From Candidatus Saccharimonadota bacterium (GTDB lineage: Bacteria > Patescibacteriota > Microgenomatia > UBA1406 > GWC2-37-13), in the NCBI GenBank assembly GCA_016432445.1, contig CP066689.1, positions 960,001 to 992,000 of the forward strand: a DNA stretch of 32,000 nt, in the 5' to 3' direction. Below, one piece after another: positions 19,209 through 26,087 of this stretch. The position numbers were made by a program, and so were the translations under genes. Each line of letters opens with the position of its first letter. The stretch's first letter is position 1. A model generated the notes under the pieces. It saw only the letters and a list, made by a program, of their open reading frames with translations, was not told the origin of the DNA and did no database searches.

Positions 19209-20777
19209 CTACCTAATTAATAATTCTAAATCCTTTGGATCTTTCACGAGTAAAGTTTCCATTCCTAACTGTTGCGCCGGGTCGATATCGGTGGTCACCT
19301 GATCTCCTATAGAGATAATATTTTCAGGCTGGTACCGGCCGGCTAAAATTAAAAAGATCTCATCCTTCCTACCGTATTGCTCACCTGTGTATAAAGACTC
19401 AAAACAATCTTTTACTCTCAAAAATTTCAAAACTTGTTGAGCCCAAATTCTTGGGGCTGAAGTAAGCAAAACTAACTTTCTTTTTGGATTTTTTTCCTGA
19501 AGTTGCCTAATAGTATTCACGGCTGTTTCAAAATTTTGCACGATCCCTTCTGGATCGATATCCCAAACGACATTAAAGTAATCTGATCTTGTAATCCCAT
19601 ACCGGTTAGCTAAATATCTGCTAATCCCTATAGGGTCATTTAATCCTTGCCGTAAAATCATCTCTGCCGATTCTTCGTCACATACTTCTGTCATTATTAT
19701 AAACGCTTTTGCATTCCTTAATATTTCTTTTTCCAACTTAGATCCTTGGAAGCCATTATTAACACCATCGAGCTGATACAAAGTCCCATCCATATCGAAA
19801 ATTGCTACTTTTCTTTCTTGCTCTTCCTTAACGATCCTCAAACATCTATCTAGATAGTCAGTCACTCTCTCGTTAATGGAAACAGGAATTGTTTTTGAAA
19901 TATTTGTTGGTAAAGGGAAACCTGCCTTGACCAGCTCTTTGAATGTCAAACCGTTGGAACCGGTCGAAATTTCATATGCTTTTACCAGCTGACTAAAAGA
20001 TTTTATCATCTGTTGACTAGCATCAAAGAACCCTGGATTTTGATCTAAACTTGCACCGCAGCCATCACTCCAAGGATAAAGATAAGGTACAGAAGTAGTC
20101 ACTTTATTAGTTTTACTTGATGCCAGTTTTTTTCCTCCCAACGGACTAAAGTCTCTAATATCAATCCACTCGTATAAATTATCTATAGGTTCTGCAATAT
20201 CTGCATCAAATTTATCCATTGGCACTGACATATTGCCAATAAAACCAATAACTTTTCCTACATTAAGTTTTATTCCGTTATCAGAAGCTAAACGTAAAAA
20301 CTCCTCAACCGTACCTCCGGAAAATAATCCATCGTCAACAAGCAGGACTTTTTTTTGTGATATATCAGGAATTTTTATCCTCAGTTTAGCTATTTGACTC
20401 TCAAATGATTCATTCCCCTGCCGTGGCACTCTTTGACCATCAATAGAACGACATAAACTGAATCTGAAAAACCTATCTTCATACTCCTTTTCTTTTTCCA
20501 AACTTCCTAACAAAAACCTATCAAGGCAAACGCAGATCGTGTCAGAATCCCGTTTTAAAATTGGTTCCACCTTCTCTCTTAAACGGGATTCCATCTCTTC
20601 TTCGTAAAACCTAGCAACTTCTACGCTAGGATTTAGAAATTGAGAAAGAGCTGTCTCAACTTCGTCAAAATAAACTCTGACAGCATTGCTAAAACCGTCT
20701 TTCGATAAATCTAAACCTTTATTAATTTGAGAAAATAATCCGACTGTGTCTTGTGTAATAATATATTTTTCTGGCAT
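19209..20777 (-). CDS. fusion protein: type I phosphoribosyltransferase-like N-terminal half plus HAD-hydrolase C-terminal half
   Basis: KKVLLVDDGLFSGGTVEEF is a PRPP-binding loop. VAIFDMDGTLY is HAD motif I. LVLLTSAP is motif II-like. ISIGDQVTTDI is motif IV-like. Confidence 0.75.
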   Translation of the reverse strand: MPEKYIITQDTVGLFSQINKGLDLSKDGFSNAVRVYFDEVETALSQFLNPSVEVARFYEEEMESRLREKVEPILKRDSDTICVCLDRFLLGSLEKEKEYEDRFFRFSLCRSIDGQRVPRQGNESFESQIAKLRIKIPDISQKKVLLVDDGLFSGGTVEEFLRLASDNGIKLNVGKVIGFIGNMSVPMDKFDADIAEPIDNLYEWIDIRDFSPLGGKKLASSKTNKVTTSVPYLYPWSDGCGASLDQNPGFFDASQQMIKSFSQLVKAYEISTGSNGLTFKELVKAGFPLPTNISKTIPVSINERVTDYLDRCLRIVKEEQERKVAIFDMDGTLYQLDGVNNGFQGSKLEKEILRNAKAFIIMTEVCDEESAEMILRQGLNDPIGISRYLANRYGITRSDYFNVVWDIDPEGIVQNFETAVNTIRQLQEKNPKRKLVLLTSAPRIWAQQVLKFLRVKDCFESLYTGEQYGRKDEIFLILAGRYQPENIISIGDQVTTDIDPAQQLGMETLLVKDPKDLELLIR

Positions 20778-20929
20778 ATTGTTTAAAATAATTTTTAACC
20801 CACAAAAAACCCCGCCTTAAGCGGGGTTGTAAGTTTAAATAAATAACTAAGATTACCCCGCTGGAGCGAGGTTATGATGAACAATCTTTGAAGTTTGTAA
20901 TGTTAGACTTTTCATATTAACGTGTTAAT
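20778..20929 (-). promoter_or_regulatory. ~145-nt leader with tandem near-identical hairpins (terminator/antiterminator candidate)
   Basis: Minus-strand hairpin 1: AACCUCGC-ucca-GCGGGGUA (20873-20854, one G-U). Hairpin 2: AACCCCGC-uuaag-GCGGGGUU (20828-20808) plus a U-run. The 3' arm of hairpin 1 is perfectly complementary to the 5' arm of hairpin 2. Confidence 0.5.
20802..20828 (-). terminator. intrinsic terminator located upstream of the operon start codon
   Basis: 8-bp G+C-rich stem (20828-20821 / 20815-20808), 5-nt loop, then a U-run (plus-strand A-run 20804-20809). Only ~25 nt before ATG 20777. Confidence 0.6.
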
Positions 20930-20931
20930 AT
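20914..20931. promoter_or_regulatory. 18-bp palindrome ATATTAAC-GT-GTTAATAT, putative operator
   Basis: Perfect 8-bp arms. Abuts or overlaps the -10 box and start region of the minus-strand operon promoter, in the divergent intergenic region shared with the TrpR-like gene. Confidence 0.4.
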
Positions 20932-20958
20932 GATAACATACAGATATTTAACTGTCAA
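20930..20958 (-). promoter_or_regulatory. sigma70-like promoter of the nucleotide-centric operon
   Basis: Minus strand: TTGACA (20958-20953), 17-nt spacer, TATCAT (20935-20930). Confidence 0.55.
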
Positions 20959-20973
20959 TAGTTATTTAATGAA

Positions 20974-20981
20974 TGTATAAT
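20974..20981 (+). promoter_or_regulatory. extended -10 box TGTATAAT, leaderless layout
   Basis: TATAAT at 20976-20981, 6 nt, ATG 20988. Confidence 0.5.
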
Positions 20982-20987
20982 TTAAGT

Positions 20988-21317
20988 ATGAAGACTAAAG
21001 AGAACGTAAATACAAAATTTACTAAAACGGAATCCAGCTCTATTAAAAATAGTAAAGAAAGATTATTATTTAGAGCTCTTCTTGCGCAAAAAAATGAACA
21101 GGAAATGGCTGATTTATTAAGGGATCTTTTAACTTTACCTGAAATAGAAGAATTCTCTAACCGATTGGAAATCGCCAGGCAATTACGTGAAGGTCATTCT
21201 TACTTAAATGTTGCCCATAAAGTCGGCACCTCCACCACTACAGTTACTCGAGTTGCCCACTGGCTGTTTAAAGGCTGTGGCGGCTATTACCGCACGTTAA
21301 AGAAACTTATCAAATAA
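20988..21317 (+). CDS. TrpR/YerC-YecD family DNA-binding protein (second paralog)
   Basis: LLRDLLTLPEIEEFSNRLEIARQLREGHSYLNVAHKVGTSTTTVTRVAHWL parallels the 455-718 product. Start set at ATG 20988; the track's ATG 20973 lies upstream of the -10 box. Confidence 0.85.
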   Translation: MKTKENVNTKFTKTESSSIKNSKERLLFRALLAQKNEQEMADLLRDLLTLPEIEEFSNRLEIARQLREGHSYLNVAHKVGTSTTTVTRVAHWLFKGCGGYYRTLKKLIK

Positions 21318-21322
21318 TCAAC

Positions 21323-21931
21323 TTACTTAACATCAACCGTTATCTCAACTCCATTCACAGTTCCCAATACATCATTATTTTTATCATCAATTAAATTTGA
21401 ATCTTTTTTACTGCCGGGCAAAAATTCAATCTCAAAACTTGCTTTACCGGATTTTAATGCCTTAAATGTCAGTTCGGAAATAACCGTATTTTGAAAAGTT
21501 ACAGTAGAGGTGACACTTATTTTTTTTATACCAGTTAAGCTAAGTTTGCCATTATCATTTTGGGCAAAAACCTGAAAATCACTAAGCAAATTTTTTTGAC
21601 TTACATAACTTACAACGCTGGGATCATATTTAACAACTACATCATAACCGGTGATAGAACTGTTACTGGAATCAGCTGAAACATTAAGATAAATTGTTTC
21701 TCCAGCAACTAAAGGTTTTTTCGATGGATTAGGCAATAATGTTAAAGAGCCTTTGACAAGAGCAATTGAAGGCGCAACAGAAGGAGCAATACTTGTTGAA
21801 ACCGCTCCTTCATTTTTTACTAAGTTTTTCTTGTATATGAAAAAGGCTACGGCTATTAATAAAATAACTAGCAGAATAGGAAAAATTATTACAATCGGGA
21901 ATGGTTTTTTGGTTTCAGTTTGATTTTCCAT
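21323..21931 (-). CDS. membrane-anchored cohesin-like domain protein
   Basis: N-terminal TM helix PFPIVIIFPILLVILLIAVAFFIY. Cohesin-like ITGYDVVVKYDPSVVSYVS...VISELTFKALKSGKASFEIEF. Confidence 0.7.
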   Translation of the reverse strand: MENQTETKKPFPIVIIFPILLVILLIAVAFFIYKKNLVKNEGAVSTSIAPSVAPSIALVKGSLTLLPNPSKKPLVAGETIYLNVSADSSNSSITGYDVVVKYDPSVVSYVSQKNLLSDFQVFAQNDNGKLSLTGIKKISVTSTVTFQNTVISELTFKALKSGKASFEIEFLPGSKKDSNLIDDKNNDVLGTVNGVEITVDVK

Positions 21932-21954
21932 ATAATTTTAGTAAAAAAAATAAT

Positions 21955-23142
21955 TTACTCTCCTTCATCAACTTTAATAGATAAAGCACTAATAATTAAA
22001 GAGTAATCAGCAGAGTTAATTATGCCGTCAAGATTAACATCAGATGAGTTTAAGATATTAATATCGCTTTTGCCTAAATTGTTCCTGATAAGAGACAAGT
22101 CGTTAGAGTTTACAACCCCATCCTGACCTCCCTCTCCCGGCAAATCTCCTACAAATAGTAAGACACCAATTAAATTTAAATTATTTTCTCCAGGTACTAA
22201 ATTAATAATATTTCCTTTATCGCATTGATAAATCCCAGGTGACGTTTCTTTAGGTTCTAACTCACATATTTTCTTTTGCGTATGTTTTGGCCCTTTTACT
22301 AATAAATAGTATCCTCCACCTGCTAGAGCATTAAATGATGTCGTCCCACTCCAAACACCATTGTTGTCTGAAGTAAATTCAACAGGGTTTCCAATGACAT
22401 TGGTGACAGAACTTCCGCCTAATGCTACTTTAACTACCATTTTATTGAACTGATCTTCCGGTTTGCTATTTATCCCCTGAAATTTAAGCTTTAAGTTTAG
22501 CTTAATATTACCGTTCATGGGCGTAGTAGTTAATAAAGACTGAGCATTGATATTGGCACCTCCGCCTTCAGCTACGGGTACTTCTGAAAGATTATAATCT
22601 GCATTTATTTTATAAAATACATCTCCGCTTGGACTGTGAGTAATTATTGATGGATCATAGGAATTAGACACAAAAGTCAGCGTAATAACCTCTGCTTCCT
22701 CCGTTTTTGTAAGAATCTGACCCTCAGATTTTTGAATCTCCCCTTGAACATAAACAGCCCCCCACTCATTAATGACTGCTAAATTAGCTTTTGTATCACC
22801 TAAACCATTACTTACCACTCCTAGTTTATACTCAATATCCTTTAACTGAACTTTTGCTTTGTCAAAGTTTACTTTAAAAGAGTAGCCTCTGGTAGTAATA
22901 TCTATTGAAGGTTTTGCTTTTACTACGACTGTAAACTCTTGTTTAGGCGGAGCAGTTATTATCACTGGCGTAAATGATAAAACTACTGATTCTCCTGAAG
23001 CCTTCGTTGTTTTTTGAACATCTTTTTCCAAAAAAACATACCTCATCATCACCAATAAAACAGATAAACTGAAAAATAAAATAACTCCCAGTTTAATATA
23101 TATTCCCTTGTGGCTTTTTTTAAAGTTTTGATCGTCTTCCAT
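21955..23142 (-). CDS. membrane-anchored protein with a cohesin-like domain and a C-terminal dockerin
   Basis: TM helix near the N-terminus. Cohesin-like FTVVVKAKP...YSFKVNFDKAKVQLKDIEYK...VITLTFVS. C-terminal GDLPGEGGQDGVVNSNDLSLIRNNL...SDVNLDGIINSADYSLIISAL is a duplicated Ca-loop dockerin pattern. Confidence 0.8.
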   Translation of the reverse strand: MEDDQNFKKSHKGIYIKLGVILFFSLSVLLVMMRYVFLEKDVQKTTKASGESVVLSFTPVIITAPPKQEFTVVVKAKPSIDITTRGYSFKVNFDKAKVQLKDIEYKLGVVSNGLGDTKANLAVINEWGAVYVQGEIQKSEGQILTKTEEAEVITLTFVSNSYDPSIITHSPSGDVFYKINADYNLSEVPVAEGGGANINAQSLLTTTPMNGNIKLNLKLKFQGINSKPEDQFNKMVVKVALGGSSVTNVIGNPVEFTSDNNGVWSGTTSFNALAGGGYYLLVKGPKHTQKKICELEPKETSPGIYQCDKGNIINLVPGENNLNLIGVLLFVGDLPGEGGQDGVVNSNDLSLIRNNLGKSDINILNSSDVNLDGIINSADYSLIISALSIKVDEGE

Positions 23143-23143
23143 T

Positions 23144-24154
23144 TTATGGTCTTAATGAACGAATAATTACGGAGCGGTCATTCACTCCCACCTCACCATC
23201 TCCATTGAAATCAACGTTAACTGTCTGAGGAATCTTTCCTCCATTGACTACTGAAACATAATAAAAATAATCAAGATCATTTACTCTACCATTTCCGTCA
23301 GCGTCACCTCTAGTTCGTAAAGATGATCTGCACCATCCTGTTTTTTGCTCGTTAGTAGGCGTCGAGTTAAACATCGAGACAGAAAGAACGCACTTTATCG
23401 GATTGGAATAATTAACATCTGAATATTTATCAAATAAGCAAGCGCTCGTACACGTTCCTTCAGTTAAACTTGGGGAATTACAACCGCAGCTTGGATTTGG
23501 AGTTGGAGAAGGAGTTGCTGTAGCTGTTGGAGTAGGTGTCCTTGTAGGTGTCGGCATTGAAGTTGGCGTTGGCGTTGGAGTTGGAGAAGGAGTTGCTGTA
23601 GCTGTTGGAGTAGATGTCGGCGTTGAAGTTGACGAAGGAGTTGGAGTTGGAACAGAAGCACTGCAGTTAACAGTTTTAACACCTAAACGTGGATCTAAAT
23701 GATTACCGGCAGAATCATAATCTTGTCTTACACCAGAAGAATTTACATTGATAGCATAAGCTGAAACGTTTCTTTGTCTTCCGGTAAAAAAATAAGCTTT
23801 AGGGTTATATGTCCTTGATCCTTCAGTAAACGTGGTTGGTATGCTTTGAGGATTAAAGCTAAAGTTTCTATTAGTTGTCCATGCCGAACCTATAAATATA
23901 TTACCAAGAGGAATATCAGCATTAGGAGTACCAGCTGCACCTTGCTCCATCCAAAAATCAATCTGAATATTTGTAAGTGGCGAATCATCATCCACCACAT
24001 TTGAACCGATTAAAGCCGTGCAGGATGCCGCATCAAAACTACCCGTTGGTAAAGAAGAATTTGTCTGGGCGAAGCTTGGTTTGGGAATTAAAAATACTAA
24101 AGCAGATAAAAAAAATAAAATAAATAACTTTTCCCGGATACTGAGATTAAACAT
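23144..24154 (-). CDS. secreted protein with a PT linker and a C-terminal dockerin
   Basis: Signal peptide ...LVFLIPKPSFAQT. PT-rich linker. GDADGNGRVNDLDYFYYVS...VDFNGDGEVGVNDRSVIIRSL dockerin repeats. Confidence 0.8.
   Translation of the reverse strand: MFNLSIREKLFILFFLSALVFLIPKPSFAQTNSSLPTGSFDAASCTALIGSNVVDDDSPLTNIQIDFWMEQGAAGTPNADIPLGNIFIGSAWTTNRNFSFNPQSIPTTFTEGSRTYNPKAYFFTGRQRNVSAYAINVNSSGVRQDYDSAGNHLDPRLGVKTVNCSASVPTPTPSSTSTPTSTPTATATPSPTPTPTPTSMPTPTRTPTPTATATPSPTPNPSCGCNSPSLTEGTCTSACLFDKYSDVNYSNPIKCVLSVSMFNSTPTNEQKTGWCRSSLRTRGDADGNGRVNDLDYFYYVSVVNGGKIPQTVNVDFNGDGEVGVNDRSVIIRSLRP
23499..23612. repeat. 78-bp-period tandem duplication inside the PT linker
   Basis: The exact 36-mer GGAGTTGGAGAAGGAGTTGCTGTAGCTGTTGGAGTA occurs at 23499-23534 and again at 23577-23612. 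Confidence 0.8.
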
Positions 24155-24228
24155 ATAAGATAAAAATAATACAAAATGAATTTTTTGTCAAATTTACTTA
24201 TAAAAATTTTAACTTTTATATTCGTGAT

Positions 24229-25707
24229 TTACAGTTCGTCAACTTTAATTGAGAGAGCGGTAATTATTAAAGAATAATCTTGAGAATTAATAATATCATC
24301 AAGATTCAAGTCTGCAATCATAAGCTTTGCCGCTTCTGTTTTCCCTAAATTATTTCTGACAAGAGATAAATCATAAGAGTTTGCAATACCATCTTGACCT
24401 CCCTCTCCCGGCAAATCACCTGTCAGCTGATAAACGCCTGAAAAATCAAGATTGTTCTCGCCTTCATTCAAAACAACTGCCGCATTAGAACATCGGTAAA
24501 GCCCAGCCTGCGGCTCCTGCGGCCGTGATTCACATATCTTTTTCTGAATGTGTTTTGGTCCTTTTATTAATAAATAGTATTTATACTCAAAACCTGTGCG
24601 GGCATTAAAATTAGCTTTCCCTGAGTAAGTGCCGTCACTGTTGGGAACAAATGTTACCGGCTTGACTGGAGATCCGTCTACTGATCCTCCGGCTAAAGTA
24701 ACTTGAACTCTCATGCGGTTAAAAAGCGATGCCGGCTGTCTGTTTATTCCCTGAAACTTCAGTTTTATATTTAAAATAACGCTCTTTGACTGAGTTGGGG
24801 TAAGAGTAGGCGTTAAGGTTGGAGTTGGTGTATTTGTTGAGGTTGTAGTGGCTGTCGGTACAGGTGTCAAGGTCAAAGTTATAGTGGGAGTTAAACTCGG
24901 TGAAATGGCAGAACTTTGATACTGCAGACATTTAAATCCATTATCAAATCCATAACACCATCCCGGCTGATTATTAACTCCTAATGGACAATCGGCATTA
25001 CTGCGGCAAACCGCCCCATTGCATAGAGGAACCCATCTAAAGCGAGTATCTGATGTCGTTGGGATAGGCGCTGTGCCACAGTATCCCACAATCGGCGTAG
25101 CTGTTGGAACAGGTGTTCTTGTAGGTGTCGGCGTTGAAGTTGCAGTAGGAATAGTTGTAGAGGAAGGAATTGTTGGAGAAGGTGAAGGAGATACTACCGG
25201 CTGGCGGATATAATAAAAACTTGATCCGGCAACATAATTTTGCGAGATGTCCCATTGATTCTTGCATTGATTTCCCCCAACTAATGCATCCCCCCTCATA
25301 GCTCCAACTGCTATTCTATCGCCGCCTTGAGGTAAAGGAATTGAGTCATCAGCCGGCTGATTGGGGTCACATAAAAAAATGGCTGTGTTTCCGCTCCATC
25401 TTGAGAAAGGGCAGTTTTTTGGCCAGTTATTTTCACCAACAAAATAGCCGCAGATAATGTCCGGATAGCTGTTTGAACTAGCTTCTACCCGGCATTCAAA
25501 ACGCTGATCTTGCCCCAAAATTTCTGTTGTTACATTACTTGAGACACTATTTATACCACTAATACAAACACTAGTACTTGCTTTTGATTGATAGGTATTT
25601 TTATTTTTTTGAAGTTCGTATGAAAGTATAATGATAGCCATGCTGAAAAGGATGATTAATCCTATAATAAGAAACGGCGATATTTTTCTTTTGATTGATT
25701 CTTCCAT
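24229..25707 (-). CDS. membrane-anchored Cys-rich protein with PT linkers and a C-terminal dockerin; its C-terminal ~190 aa are paralogous to 21955-23142
   Basis: LNIKLKFQGINRQP...YYLLIKGPKHIQKKICE...GDLPGEGGQDGIANSYDLSLVRNNL...ADLNLDDIINSQDYSLIITALSIKVDE aligns by eye with the C-terminus of the 395-aa protein. Start set at ATG 25707; the track uses TTG 25713. Confidence 0.8.
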   Translation of the reverse strand: MEESIKRKISPFLIIGLIILFSMAIIILSYELQKNKNTYQSKASTSVCISGINSVSSNVTTEILGQDQRFECRVEASSNSYPDIICGYFVGENNWPKNCPFSRWSGNTAIFLCDPNQPADDSIPLPQGGDRIAVGAMRGDALVGGNQCKNQWDISQNYVAGSSFYYIRQPVVSPSPSPTIPSSTTIPTATSTPTPTRTPVPTATPIVGYCGTAPIPTTSDTRFRWVPLCNGAVCRSNADCPLGVNNQPGWCYGFDNGFKCLQYQSSAISPSLTPTITLTLTPVPTATTTSTNTPTPTLTPTLTPTQSKSVILNIKLKFQGINRQPASLFNRMRVQVTLAGGSVDGSPVKPVTFVPNSDGTYSGKANFNARTGFEYKYYLLIKGPKHIQKKICESRPQEPQAGLYRCSNAAVVLNEGENNLDFSGVYQLTGDLPGEGGQDGIANSYDLSLVRNNLGKTEAAKLMIADLNLDDIINSQDYSLIITALSIKVDEL

Positions 25708-25718
25708 AAACAATTTTC

Positions 25719-25747
25719 ATTGTAAACGATTTATTCCGTGTTGACAA
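25719..25747 (-). promoter_or_regulatory. candidate promoter of the cohesin/dockerin operon
   Basis: Minus strand: TTGTCA (25747-25742), 17-nt spacer, TACAAT (25724-25719), 11 nt, ATG 25707. Confidence 0.45.
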
Positions 25748-25769
25748 ATAAAAACTACTTTAATAGAAT
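25741..25769 (+). promoter_or_regulatory. sigma70-like promoter of the HTH gene
   Basis: TTGACA (25741-25746), 17-nt spacer, TAGAAT (25764-25769), 15 nt, ATG 25785. Confidence 0.55.
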
Positions 25770-25784
25770 AATAGCAGTCAAAAT

Positions 25785-26000
25785 ATGTCAGACTCTAATA
25801 AACCAGTAAAAATAGCATTAAATGATCTTCCTGATCTTTTAACAATAAGAGAAGTAGCTACTCTTCTTCGTGTATCAACTCTTACTGTCAAGCGCTGGGG
25901 TAAAAAAGGCAAACTGCCGGCTATCCGTATTAACTCGCGAGGCGACCGCCGCTACAAAAAAGATGTCGTCTTAAGACTTCTTGGCGTTAACCCTGAATGA
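25785..26000 (+). CDS. MerR/excisionase-type helix-turn-helix DNA-binding protein
   Basis: 71 aa. LLTIREVATLLRVSTLTVKRWGKKGKLPAIRINSRGDRRYKKDVV is the classic HTH_17/excisionase-family pattern. Confidence 0.85.
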   Translation: MSDSNKPVKIALNDLPDLLTIREVATLLRVSTLTVKRWGKKGKLPAIRINSRGDRRYKKDVVLRLLGVNPE

Positions 26001-26087
26001 AATCTAAGGGTTGAAGCAGAGTAACTTTAATTTTAATTAGTCAGACTTCCTTGATTTTTGTTGAATTTTGTGATAATATTATAGGAT

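Noticed and set aside
6984-25267. Same-strand alternative-frame ORFs: 6984-7202, 8780-8965, 13252-13443, 23464-23682, 24719-24931 and 25037-25267.
   Set aside because: They are out-of-frame readings of repeat, PT-linker or Cys-repeat regions of longer genes. For example, the Leu/Gln-rich 23464-23682 is the PT linker read in another frame. None has start-site support.
21323-25707. Diversity-generating retroelement target (repetitive surface-protein genes).
   Set aside because: No reverse transcriptase is present in the window. No template/variable repeat pair differing at adenines was seen. The repeats observed are PT-linker duplications and true paralogy.
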